From Nemertoderma westbladi (lineage: Eukaryota; Animalia; Xenacoelomorpha), in NCBI GenBank assembly GCA_032718475.1, contig JAUCBJ010007055.1, positions 1 through 64,000 on the forward strand: a stretch of 64,000 nt of DNA, in the 5' to 3' direction. Shown piece after piece: positions 1 through 12,775 of this stretch. The notes below the pieces were generated by a model, which saw only the letters and a program-made list of their open reading frames with translations, was not told where the DNA came from and did not search any database. Numbering within the stretch: the stretch's first letter is position 1; each line of letters begins with the position of its first letter. The position numbers and the translations under genes were made by a program.

Positions 1-3000
1 GAGACAATTGGGGTTACTATTCCCAATTTGTACACAGTGTTACAACTCAGAAAACACAGGGCTTCCAGAGTTATTTAACTATATTCGAATATATTACGTC
101 GTAGTGTGTTTTTAGGCTATAAGCGGCGTTTTTTCATGTTACTTCCTACAGAACCAGTTAAAAGGTTATAACTTTCGAGGAGACAGTGCCAGTGACTTGA
201 GAAAGTGTGAGATAATTGGGGTTACTATTCCCAATTTGTACACAGTGTTACAACTCAGAAAACACAGGGCTTCCAGAGTTATTTAACTATATTCGAATAT
301 AATACGTCGTAGTGTTTTTAGGCTATAAGCGGCGTTTTTTCATGTTACTACCTACAGAACCAGTTAAAAGGTTATAACTTTCGAGGAGACAGTGCCAGTG
401 ACTTGAGAAAGTGTGAGACAATTGGGGTTACTATTCCCAATTTGTACACAGTGTTACAACTCAGAAAACACAGGGCTTCCAGAGTTATTTAACTATATTC
501 GAATATAATACGTCGTAGTGTGTTTTTAGGCTATAAGCGGCGTTTTTTCATGTTACTTCCTACAAAACCAGTTAAAAGGTTATAACTTTCGACGAGACAG
601 TGCCAGTGACTTGAGAAAGTGTGAGACAATTGGGGTTACTATTCCCAATTTGTACACAGTGTTACAACTCAGAAAACACAGGGCTTCCAGAGTTATTTAA
701 CTATATTCGAATATATTACGTCGTAGTGTGTTTTTAGGCTATAAGCGGCGTTTTTTCATGTTACTTCCTACAGAACCAGTTAAAAGGTTATAACTTTCGA
801 GGAGACAGTGCCAGTGACTTGAGAAAGTGTGAGATAATTGGGGTTACTATTCCCAATTTGTACACAGTGTTACAACTCAGAAAACACAGGGCTTCCAGAG
901 TTATTTAACTATATTCGAATATAATACGTCGTAGTGTTTTTAGGCTATAAGCGGCGTTTTTTCATGTTACAACCTACAGAACCAGTTAAAAGGTTATAAC
1001 TTTCGAGGAGACAGTGCCAGTGACTTGAGAAAGTGTGAGACAATTGGGGTTACTATTCCCAATTTGTACACAGTGTTACAACTCAGAAAACGCAGGGCTT
1101 CCAGAGTTATTTAACTATATTCGAATATATTACGTCGTAGTGTGTTTTTAGGCTATAAGCGGCGTTTTTTCATGTTACTACCTACAGAACCAGTTAAAAG
1201 GTTATAACTTTCGAGGAGACAGTGCCAGTGACTTGAGAAAGTGTGAGACAATTGGGGTTACTATTCCCAATTTGTACACAGTGTTACAACTCAGAAAACA
1301 CAGGGCTTCCAGAGTTATTTAACTATATTCGAATATAATACGTCGTAGTGTGTTTTTAGGCTATAAGCGGCGTTTTTTCATGTTACTTCCTACAGAACCA
1401 GTTAAAAGGTTATAACTTTCGACGAGACAGTGCCAGTGACTTGAGAAAGTGTGAGACAATTGGGGTTACTATTCCCAATTTGTACACAGTGTTACAACTC
1501 AGAAAACACAGGGCTTCCAGAGTTATTTAACTATATTCGAATATATTACGTCGTAGTGTGTTTTTAGGCTATAAGCGGCGTTTTTTCATGTTACTTCCTA
1601 CAGAACCAGTTAAAAGGTTATAACTTTCGAGGAGACAGTGCCAGTGACTTGAGAAAGTGTGAGACAATTGGGGTTACTATTCCCAATTTGTACACAGTGT
1701 TACAACTCAGAAAACACAGGGCTTCCAGAGTTATTTAACTATATTCGAATATAATAGGTCGTAGTGTGTTTTTAGGCTATAAGCGGCGTTTTTTCATGTT
1801 ACTTCCTACAAAACCAGTTAAAAGGTTATAACTTTCGACGAGACAGTGCCAGTGACTTGAGAAAGTGTGAGACAATTGGGGTTACTATTCCCAATTTGTA
1901 CACAGTGTTACAACTCAGAAAACACAGGGCTTCCAGAGTTATTTAACTATATTCGAATATATTACGTCGTAGTGTGTTTTTAGGCTATAAGCGGCGTTTT
2001 TTCATGTTACTTCCTACAGAACCAGTTAAAAGGTTATAACTTTCGAGGAGACAGTGCCAGTGACTTGAGAAAGTGTGAGATAATTGGGGTTACTATTCCC
2101 AATTTGTACACAGTGTTACAACTCAGAAAACACAGGGCTTCCAGAGTTATTTAACTATATTCGAATATAATACGTCGTAGTGTTTTTAGGCTATAAGCGG
2201 CGTTTTTTCATGTTACAACCTACAGAACCAGTTAAAAGGTTATAACTTTCGAGGAGACAGTGCCAGTGACTTGAGAAAGTGTGAGACAATTGGGGTTACT
2301 ATTCACAATTTGTACACAGTGTTACAACTCAGAAAACGCAGGGCTTCCAGAGTTATTTAACTATATTCGAATATATTACGTCGTAGTGTGTTTTTAGGCT
2401 ATAAGCGGCGTTTTTTCATGTTACTACCTACAGAACCAGTTAAAAGGTTATAACTTTCGAGGAGACAGTGCCAGTGACTTGAGAAAGTGTGAGACAATTG
2501 GGGTTACTATTCCCAATTTGTACACAGTGTTACAACTCAGAAAACACAGGGCTTCCAGAGTTATTTAACTATATTCGAATATAATACGTCGTAGTGTGTT
2601 TTTAGGCTATAAGCGGCGTTTTTTCATGTTACTTCCTACAGAACCAGTTAAAAGGTTATAACTTTCGACGAGACAGTGCCAGTGACTTGAGAAAGTGTGA
2701 GACAATTGGGGTTACTATTCCCAATTTGTACACAGTGTTACAACTCAGAAAACACAGGGCTTCCAGAGTTATTTAACTATATTCGAATATAATACGTCGT
2801 AGTGTGTTTTTAGGCTATAAGCGGCGTTTTTTCATGTTACTTCCTACAGAACCAGTTAAAAGGTTATAACTTTCGACGAGACAGTGCCAGTGACTTGAGA
2901 AAGTGTGAGACAATTGGGGTTACTATTACCAATTTGTACACAGTGTTACAACTCAGAAAACACAGGGCTTCCAGAGTTATTTAACTATATTCGAATATAT

Positions 3001-6000
3001 TACGTCGTAGTGTGTTTTTAGGCTATAAGCGGCGTTTTTTCATGTTACTACCTACAGAACCAGTTAAAAGGTTATAACTTTCGAGGAGACAGTGCCAGTG
3101 ACTTGAGAAAGTGTGAGACAATTGGGGTTACTATTCCCAATTTGTACACAGTGTTACAACTCAGAAAACACAGGGCTTCCAGAGTTATTTAACTATATTC
3201 GAATATAATATGTCGTAGTGTGTTTTTAGGCTATAAGCGGCGTTTTTTCATGTTACTTCCTACAGAACCAGTTAAAAGGTTATAACTTTCGAGGAGACAG
3301 TGCCAGTGACTTGAGAAAGTGTGAGACAATTGGGGTTACTATTCCCAATTTGTACACAGTGTTACAACTCAGAAAACGCAGGGCTTCCAGAGTTATTTAA
3401 CTATATTCGAATATATTACGTCGTAGTGTGTTTTTAGGCTATAAGCGGCGTTTTTTCATGTTACTACCTACAGAACCAGTTAAAAGGTTATAACTTTCGA
3501 GGAGACAGTGCCAGTGACTTGAGAAAGTGTGAGATAATTGGGGTTACTATTCCCAATTTGTACACAGTGTTACAACTCAGAAAACACAGGGCTTCCAGAG
3601 TTATTTAACTATATTCGAATATAATACGTCGTAGTGTTTTTAGGCTATAAGCGGCGTTTTTTCATGTTACAACCTACAGAACCAGTTAAAAGGTTATAAC
3701 TTTCGAGGAGACAGTGCCAGTGACTTAAGAAAGTGTGAGACAATTGGGGTTACTATTCCCAATTTGTACACAGTGTTACAACTCAGAAAACACAGGGCTT
3801 CCAGAGTTATTTAACTATATTCGAATATAATACGTCGTAGTGTGTTTTTAGGCTATAAGCGGCGTTTTTTCATGTTACTTCCTACAAAACCAGTTAAAAG
3901 GTTATAACTTTCGACGAGACAGTGCCAGTGACTTGAGAAAGTGTGAGACAATTGGGGTTACTATTCCCAATTTGTACACAGTGTTACAACTCAGAAAACA
4001 CAGGGCTTCCAGAGTTATTTAACTATATTCGAATATATTACGTCGTAGTGTGTTTTTAGGCTATAAGCGGCGTTTTTTCATGTTACTTCCTACAGAACCA
4101 GTTAAAAGGTTATAACTTTCGAGGAGACAGTGCCAGTGACTTGAGAAAGTGTGAGATAATTGGGGTTACTATTCCCAATTTGTACACAGTGTTACAACTC
4201 AGAAAACACAGGGCTTCCAGAGTTATTTAACTATATTCGAATATAATACGTCGTAGTGTTTTTAGGCTATAAGCGGCGTTTTTTCATGTTACAACCTACA
4301 GAACCAGTTAAAAGGTTATAACTTTCGAGGAGACAGTGCCAGTGACTTGAGAAAGTGTGAGACAATTGGGGTTACTATTCCCAATTTGTACACAGTGTTA
4401 CAACTCAGAAAACGCAGGGCTTCCAGAGTTATTTAACTATATTCGAATATAATACGTCGTAGTGTGTTTTTAGGCTATAAGCGGCGTTTTTTCATGTTAC
4501 TTCCTACAGAACCAGTTAAAAGGTTATAACTTTCGACGAGACAGTGCCAGTGACTTGAGAAAGTGTGAGACAATTGGGGTTACTATTCCCAATTTGTACA
4601 CAGTGTTACAACTCAGAAAACACAGGGCTTCCAGAGTTATTTAACTATATTCGAATATATTACGTCGTAGTGTGTTTTTAGGCTATAAGCGGCGGTTTTT
4701 CATGTTACTTCCTACAGAACCAGTTAAAAGGTTATAACTTTCGAGGAGACAGTGCCAGTGACTTGAGAAAGTGTGAGACAATTGGGGTTACTATTCCCAA
4801 TTTGTACACAGTGTTACAACTCAGAAAACACAGGGCTTCCAGAGTTATTTAACTATATTCGAATATAATAGGTCGTAGTGTGTTTTTAGGCTATAAGCGG
4901 CGTTTGTTCATGTTACTTCCTACAAAACCAGTTAAAAGGTTATAACTTTCGACGAGACAGTGCCAGTGACTTGAGAAAGTGTGAGACAATTGGGGTTACT
5001 ATTCCCAATTTGTACACAGTGTTACAACTCAGAAAACACAGGGCTTCCAGAGTTATTTAACTATATTCGAATATATTACGTCGTAGTGTGTTTTTAGGCT
5101 ATAAGCGGCGTTTTTTCATGTTACTTCCTACAGAACCAGTTAAAAGGTTATAACTTTCGAGGAGACAGTGCCAGTGACTTGAGAAAGTGTGAGATAATTG
5201 GGGTTACTATTCCCAATTTGTACACAGTGTTACAACTCAGAAAACACAGGGCTTCCAGAGTTATTTAACTATATTCGAATATAATACGTCGTAGTGTTTT
5301 TAGGCTATAAGCGGCGTTTTTTCATGTTACAACCTACAGAACCAGTTAAAAGGTTATAACTTTCGAGGAGACAGTGCCAGTGACTTGAGAAAGTGTGAGA
5401 CAATTGGGGTTACTATTCCCAATTTGTACACAGTGTTACAACTCAGAAAACGCAGGGCTTCCAGAGTTATTTAACTATATTCGAATATATTACGTCGTAG
5501 TGTGTTTTTAGGCTATAAGCGGCGTTTTTTCATGTTACTACCTACAGAACCAGTTAAAAGGTTATAACTTTCGAGGAGACAGTGCCAGTGACTTGAGAAA
5601 GTGTGAGACAATTGGGGTTACTATTCCCAATTTGTACACAGTGTTACAACTCAGAAAACACAGGGCTTCCAGAGTTATTTAACTATATTCGAATATAATA
5701 CGTCGTAGTGTGTTTTTAGGCTATAAGCGGCGTTTTTTCATGTTACTTCCTACAGAACCAGTTAAAAGGTTATAACTTTCGACGAGACAGTGCCAGTGAC
5801 TTGAGAAAGTGTGAGACAATTGGGGTTACTATTCCCAATTTGTACACAGTGTTACAACTCAGAAAACACAGGGCTTCCAGAGTTATTTAACTATATTCGA
5901 ATATATTACGTCGTAGTGTGTTTTTAGGCTATAAGCGGCGTTTTTTCATGTTACTTCCTACAGAACCAGTTAAAAGGTTATAACTTTCGAGGAGACAGTG

Positions 6001-9000
6001 CCAGTGACTTGAGAAAGTGTGAGATAATTGGGGTTACTATTCCCAATTTGTACACAGTGTTACAACTCAGAAAACACAGGGCTTCCAGAGTTATTTAACT
6101 ATATTCGAATATAATACGTCGTAGTGTTTTTAGGCTATAAGCGGCGTTTTTTCATGTTACTACCTACAGAACCAGTTAAAAGGTTATAACTTTCGAGGAG
6201 ACAGTGCCAGTGACTTGAGAAAGTGTGAGACAATTGGGGTTACTATTCCCAATTTGTACACAGTGTTACAACTCAGAAAACACAGGGCTTCCAGAGTTAT
6301 TTAACTATATTCGAATATAATACGTCGTAGTGTGTTTTTAGGCTATAAGCGGCGTTTTTTCATGTTACTTCCTACAGAACCAGTTAAAAGGTTATAACTT
6401 TCGACGAGACAGTGCCAGTGACTTGAGAAAGTGTGAGACAATTGGGGTTACTATTACCAATTTGTACACAGTGTTACAACTCAGAAAACACAGGGCTTCC
6501 AGAGTTATTTAACTATATTCGAATATATTACGTCGTAGTGTGTTTTTAGGCTATAAGCGGCGTTTTTTCATGTTACTACCTACAGAACCAGTTAAAAGGT
6601 TATAACTTTCGAGGAGACAGTGCCAGTGACTTGAGAAAGTGTGAGACAATTGGGGTTACTATTCCCAATTTGTACACAGTGTTACAACTCAGAAAACACA
6701 GGGCTTCCAGAGTTATTTAACTATATTCGAATATAATATGTCGTAGTGTGTTTTTAGGCTATAAGCGGCGTTTTTTCATGTTACTTCCTACAGAACCAGT
6801 TAAAAGGTTATAACTTTCGAGGAGACAGTGCCAGTGACTTGAGAAAGTGTGAGACAATTGGGGTTACTATTCCCAATTTGTACACAGTGTTACAACTCAG
6901 AAAACGCAGGGCTTCCAGAGTTATTTAACTATATTCGAATATATTACGTCGTAGTGTGTTTTTAGGCTATAAGCGGCGTTTTTTCATGTTACTACCTACA
7001 GAACCAGTTAAAAGGTTATAACTTTCGAGGAGACAGTGCCAGTGACTTGAGAAAGTGTGAGACAATTGGGGTTACTATTCCCAATTTGTACACAGTGTTA
7101 CAACTCAGAAAACACAGGGCTTCCAGAGTTATTTAACTATATTCGAATATAATACGTCGTAGTGTGTTTTTAGGCTATAAGCGGCGTTTTTTCATGTTAC
7201 TTCCTACAGAACCAGTTAAAAGGTTATAACTTTCGACGAGACAGTGCCAGTGACTTGAGAAAGTGTGAGACAATTGGGGTTACTATTCCCAATTTGTACA
7301 CAGTGTTACAACTCAGAAAACACAGGGCTTCCAGAGTTATTTAACTATATTCGAATATATTACGTCGTAGTGTGTTTTTAGGCTATAAGCGGCGTTTTTT
7401 CATGTTACTTCCTACAGAACCAGTTAAAAGGTTATAACTTTCGAGGAGACAGTGCCAGTGACTTGAGAAAGTGTGAGACAATTGGGGTTACTATTCCCAA
7501 TTTGTACACAGTGTTACAACTCAGAAAACACAGGGCTTCCAGAGTTATTTAACTATATTCGAATATAATAGGTCGTAGTGTGTTTTTAGGCTATAAGCGG
7601 CGTTTTTTCATGTTACTTCCTACAAAACCAGTTAAAAGGTTATAACTTTCGACGAGACAGTGCCAGTGACTTGAGAAAGTGTGAGACAATTGGGGTTACT
7701 ATTCCCAATTTGTACACAGTGTTACAACTCAGAAAACACAGGGCTTCCAGAGTTATTTAACTATATTCGAATATATTACGTCGTAGTGTGTTTTTAGGCT
7801 ATAAGCGGCGTTTTTTCATGTTACTTCCTACAGAACCAGTTAAAAGGTTATAACTTTCGAGGAGACAGTGCCAGTGACTTGAGAAAGTGTGAGATAATTG
7901 GGGTTACTATTCCCAATTTGTACACAGTGTTACAACTCAGAAAACACAGGGCTTCCAGAGTTATTTAACTATATTCGAATATAATACGTCGTAGTGTTTT
8001 TAGGCTATAAGCGGCGTTTTTTCATGTTACAACCTACAGAACCAGTTAAAAGGTTATAACTTTCGAGGAGACAGTGCCAGTGACTTGAGAAAGTGTGAGA
8101 CAATTGGGGTTACTATTCACAATTTGTACACAGTGTTACAACTCAGAAAACGCAGGGCTTCCAGAGTTATTTAACTATATTCGAATATATTACGTCGTAG
8201 TGTGTTTTTAGGCTATAAGCGGCGTTTTTTCATGTTACTACCTACAGAACCAGTTAAAAGGTTATAACTTTCGAGGAGACAGTGCCAGTGACTTGAGAAA
8301 GTGTGAGACAATTGGGGTTACTATTCCCAATTTGTACACAGTGTTACAACTCAGAAAACACAGGGCTTCCAGAGTTATTTAACTATATTCGAATATAATA
8401 CGTCGTAGTGTGTTTTTAGGCTATAAGCGGCGTTTTTTCATGTTACTTCCTACAGAACCAGTTAAAAGGTTATAACTTTCGACGAGACAGTGCCAGTGAC
8501 TTGAGAAAGTGTGAGACAATTGGGGTTACTATTCCCAATTTGTACACAGTGTTACAACTCAGAAAACACAGGGCTTCCAGAGTTATTTAACTATATTCGA
8601 ATATAATACGTCGTAGTGTGTTTTTAGGCTATAAGCGGCGTTTTTTCATGTTACTTCCTACAGAACCAGTTAAAAGGTTATAACTTTCGACGAGACAGTG
8701 CCAGTGACTTGAGAAAGTGTGAGACAATTGGGGTTACTATTACCAATTTGTACACAGTGTTACAACTCAGAAAACACAGGGCTTCCAGAGTTATTTAACT
8801 ATATTCGAATATATTACGTCGTAGTGTGTTTTTAGGCTATAAGCGGCGTTTTTTCATGTTACTACCTACAGAACCAGTTAAAAGGTTATAACTTTCGAGG
8901 AGACAGTGCCAGTGACTTGAGAAAGTGTGAGACAATTGGGGTTACTATTCCCAATTTGTACACAGTGTTACAACTCAGAAAACACAGGGCTTCCAGAGTT

Positions 9001-9489
9001 ATTTAACTATATTCGAATATAATATGTCGTAGTGTGTTTTTAGGCTATAAGCGGCGTTTTTTCATGTTACTTCCTACAGAACCAGTTAAAAGGTTATAAC
9101 TTTCGAGGAGACAGTGCCAGTGACTTGAGAAAGTGTGAGACAATTGGGGTTACTATTCCCAATTTGTACACAGTGTTACAACTCAGAAAACGCAGGGCTT
9201 CCAGAGTTATTTAACTATATTCGAATATATTACGTCGTAGTGTGTTTTTAGGCTATAAGCGGCGTTTTTTCATGTTACTACCTACAGAACCAGTTAAAAG
9301 GTTATAACTTTCGAGGAGACAGTGCCAGTGACTTGAGAAAGTGTGAGATAATTGGGGTTACTATTCCCAATTTGTACACAGTGTTACAACTCAGAAAACA
9401 CAGGGCTTCCAGAGTTATTTAACTATATTCGAATATAATACGTCGTAGTGTTTTTAGGCTATAAGCGGCGTTTTTTCATGTTACAACCT
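1..9489. repeat. Satellite array, 208-bp monomer (206-bp variant), about 45.6 copies, continuing beyond the window start
   Basis: GAGACAATTGGGGTTACTATTCCCAATT... recurs every 208 bp (starts at 1, 209, 415...) with only a few diagnostic substitutions and a 2-bp TG deletion variant. Confidence 0.99.
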
Positions 9490-10750
9490 CTGCTGCTTCT
9501 GCTGCTGCCGCTTTTGCCTCTGCCGCTGCTTCTGCCAAGGTCGCTTTTCTTTCTGCCTCTGCCACTGCTGCTATCTTTCTGTCTTCTATACGTTTTTTCT
9601 TTACTTGCTCCTCCTGGACTCGTGTGATGCGGAGTTGTTCATCAAATTTAGCCTGGTTCGCAGCCCTCATTTCCACATCGATGGCATCCAACACAAGCTT
9701 GGTTCCTTCACTATTAGGGCTAAGTCCCTCTAACCTTCTCCTCAACTCGTCATCACCTAAAAAACGTTGATAGTCTGACAGATAGATGTCAATGGCATCC
9801 CTCTTATGCGGCTTCTCTGCCGTCGCTTCACTTTCCACTTGGGAAAAAGTAGCGTCTGTTGATTCTCCATGGGTTGAGCGCTCCTCCAGCTGAGCTTTCC
9901 ACTGAGCTGTTCCTTGAACCTGGCGACTCACCCGTTGAAACCAAGTCTTTACGGCAACTTGCAACGACGTGTCTTGTCTTCTTTTAGAAGCCTCTTCAAA
10001 GGCTGATAATATTAGCCTAATTCGCAGAATTCTTTCTCTAACTTGATAAAGCAGTTGTCCCTGCTCTTGAGGTCCTTGAGGTTGTTGTAACAGTTGTTTT
10101 TCTACTCTCTCCATAGAGCTGAAGAATCCCTGTGCGTATCCGGCTGCGGACCTCTTCCACACAGCTGGATCGATGGTTTCCTTGGCTACTCCCATCCGGT
10201 GTATGTCTTCCCAGGCAGCTTCTGATAAATCGAACGGGAGTCCGGGTCCGGGGAAGTTCCATTGCGACTCGACCATAGATTTCAGTTCTTCCTTTGTGTA
10301 TCCCGCATAACTATCTTTAGTTGAGCGCTTACTTCTCGCCCAATCGATCTGGTGTTCTTCCACCGCGATCAATAGCCTAGTGAGTACGGCTGCAGGAAGG
10401 ATGAGAAGGGGATCCGAATAAACCGCATCCGTCATCCTTGCTCCGCGCTCGGGTGTCAGTTCTACAGTATCTTCACTACTGGAGCTGTCGGGCCGCTGAG
10501 AAATAAGTTCTTGGCTCGCGGGTTGTTGCTGTTCCGCTGCTTCTTGGTCCCGCTTGACCTGAGCTCGAGTGCCTATAATAGACCTACGATGTTGGACCAG
10601 CCTAGGTTCTGTTATTACTACTGGAGGGATGACCTTCCTCACAGTGGGAGGTGAACTGAACTTAGGACTAGACGGTTCTACACCTCTGTCTGAGTCGCAG
10701 ATAGTTACATCTAATAAACTGTCTGACAGGTTCTGTTTATTGTCAGACAT
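9476..10750 (-). CDS. Intronless orphan ORF (~424 aa from first ATG) with coiled-coil/Ala-Glu-rich C-terminus; possibly gag-like, stop codon lies in the satellite
   Basis: Long stop-free frame in the ORF track; first ATG at 10750. The last codons and the TGA overlap the last satellite monomer. No family motif recognised, so gag-like is inferred from context only. Confidence 0.5.
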   Translation of the reverse strand: MSDNKQNLSDSLLDVTICDSDRGVEPSSPKFSSPPTVRKVIPPVVITEPRLVQHRRSIIGTRAQVKRDQEAAEQQQPASQELISQRPDSSSSEDTVELTPERGARMTDAVYSDPLLILPAAVLTRLLIAVEEHQIDWARSKRSTKDSYAGYTKEELKSMVESQWNFPGPGLPFDLSEAAWEDIHRMGVAKETIDPAVWKRSAAGYAQGFFSSMERVEKQLLQQPQGPQEQGQLLYQVRERILRIRLILSAFEEASKRRQDTSLQVAVKTWFQRVSRQVQGTAQWKAQLEERSTHGESTDATFSQVESEATAEKPHKRDAIDIYLSDYQRFLGDDELRRRLEGLSPNSEGTKLVLDAIDVEMRAANQAKFDEQLRITRVQEEQVKKKRIEDRKIAAVAEAERKATLAEAAAEAKAAAAEAAEVVT

Positions 10751-10879
10751 GTTGGTTTGCACAGTTGAATGCCTACTGCTATATTACAGTTTAAGCAAGT
10801 CTAGTAATTCAGAGTTAACTGCTAGCCTAGTAATTAATTACCGATACTGCTACTCAGTGTAGCGTGATATATATAATAT

Positions 10880-11255
10880 ATTAGAATACCGGTATGCTTA
10901 TTGTATATATAAGTATTATTACAGACTAGGTTTTTCACAGAAACCGGTATATAATTTTAGCACAAATATATATAAATAGATAATAGGCCTATCGGGAATA
11001 CCGGTATACAGCTTACAGTTTGTAGTATATATAATTCTGGACTAGAATTAATTACAAGTACCGGTATAATTTCAGCCTAAATTATAGAAATAAAGATAAT
11101 AGGCCTATCGTAAATACCGGTATGCAGTTTACACTTATAGTGTATATATATAAGTATAATTACAAACTAGAATTAATTATAGAATACCGGTATGATTTCA
11201 ACCTAAAATTTATAGAAATAAATATAATAAGCCTATTGGAAATACCGGTATATCA
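10880..11255. repeat. Degenerate AT-rich tandem repeat (~60/120-bp period) with ATACCGGTA core
   Basis: ACCGGTAT recurs at about 10888, 10943, 11000, 11060, 11116, 11186 and 11244 with similar flanks. Confidence 0.75.
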
Positions 11256-12229
11256 ATTATTTTAAATAACTGAATTTCTGAATTTTAAAGGTTACTTGGT
11301 TACCTTAACTTACTTTATTGCCATTATTTAAGCAGTAGTCCAACTGATATTGAGACCTAATTGTTGTATGGCAGGCCTACTATTTATAAATCGTTTGAGT
11401 TGATTTATAATATATATATATATACCCGTTTTAATGGGTTTTGTCAATGTTTGAAATAAATGTTATTATTTCTGGGGAGTAATCACTACACAAAGCGGTG
11501 CGCTTTCAGTGAAGTGTTACTTATAGGACACTAAAACAAATAATACTAATTTACCTAAGTTACTTAATACTACAAATTACGTACAATTCGGGTGAGATTA
11601 CAATCTCTAAATAAACACAAAAATTTACAAAAAACACAAATACAAATTTTAGGGTAATTTTACAAGAAGTCTACAAACCAGCCTGACAAAGGGTTAGAAT
11701 CTGGTTCTTACAACGGACAGGGTACTACGGTATTTGAAAATAATAAGTAGTAGTAAATACACTGCGTTGTCCAGATAGGAAAATACCACCGCCTGACGAC
11801 CTATAGCCGTGTCGCTATAGGTACTACGTTATGTATCACGGAGTGTTCCTACCTAGAAGTTAATAGAGCTAATCGAACGTGCCTATCAACCACTTTACAA
11901 CACAAATATAATGCCTACACTAATTACTCTCGGAAAGCACTGTACACTAAACCCTAAATTAGGTACGAGTGCTTATACAACAGATAATCAGTAGTTAAAA
12001 ATACTTGAACAGCTATAAGAACCACGGCATCTGCTGGAGTGACCGATGCACAAAATCACCAGTCTTTACCTACGCCAAGCAGCCCGTGTAGTACCGGGGT
12101 TAATTTAACTATAGCGGTATGTATAACAAACACAATTACTGTAGGAACAAACTTGGGGAATGAATGTTGCGAATAATCGCATAAACTCTGAATAATAAAT
12201 ATTACGCTACGCGTACAAACCACTCAAAC

Positions 12230-12775
12230 AAAATGCAGACCAAATACTGACAGACTACCATCAAGCCTAAACAAACTACGGTATATGCAGACTCCGAAAT
12301 GATTAGGTAGTATGCGTTCTAACCCAGTAGTACGACTTATTCTTTAGTTGGGGGTTTACCTTACAGCAATGGCTGCCCCTACTTCCTAACCGTTCTTTAT
12401 CGGACAGATGCTTTACACACACCGAAATCCGTTCAGACCTAATAACAGCCAGACAACTATCCAGCCTACAAATTATCTAAATAAATATTATACGCTACCT
12501 GTACAGACTACACAAACAAAGTACAGACTAAACGATGGCAGACTACTCTCAAGCCTAAATAAACTACAGGACAAGCAGACTCCGAAATGATTAGGTAGTA
12601 TGCGTTCTAACCCAGTAGTACGACTTATTCTTTAGTTGGGGGTTTACCTTACAGCAATGGCTGCCCCTACTTCCTAACCGTTCTTTATCGGACAAGTGAT
12701 CTACACACACTGCAATCCGTTCAGACTTAACAGCAATCAGACAACAGCTCAGCCTACAAATTGTCTGTACAATAT
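12230..12775. repeat. Two-copy direct repeat (~288-bp period) with an identical ~118-bp core
   Basis: GCAGACTCCGAAATGATTAGG...CTTTATCGGACA is identical at ~12287-12406 and ~12575-12694, while the flanks are diverged. Confidence 0.9.

Noticed and set aside
1-9489. CRISPR-like array interpretation of the satellite (or of the 19-bp and 38-bp arrays)
   Set aside because: There are no unique spacers, whole monomers repeat, the context is eukaryotic and no cas genes are present.
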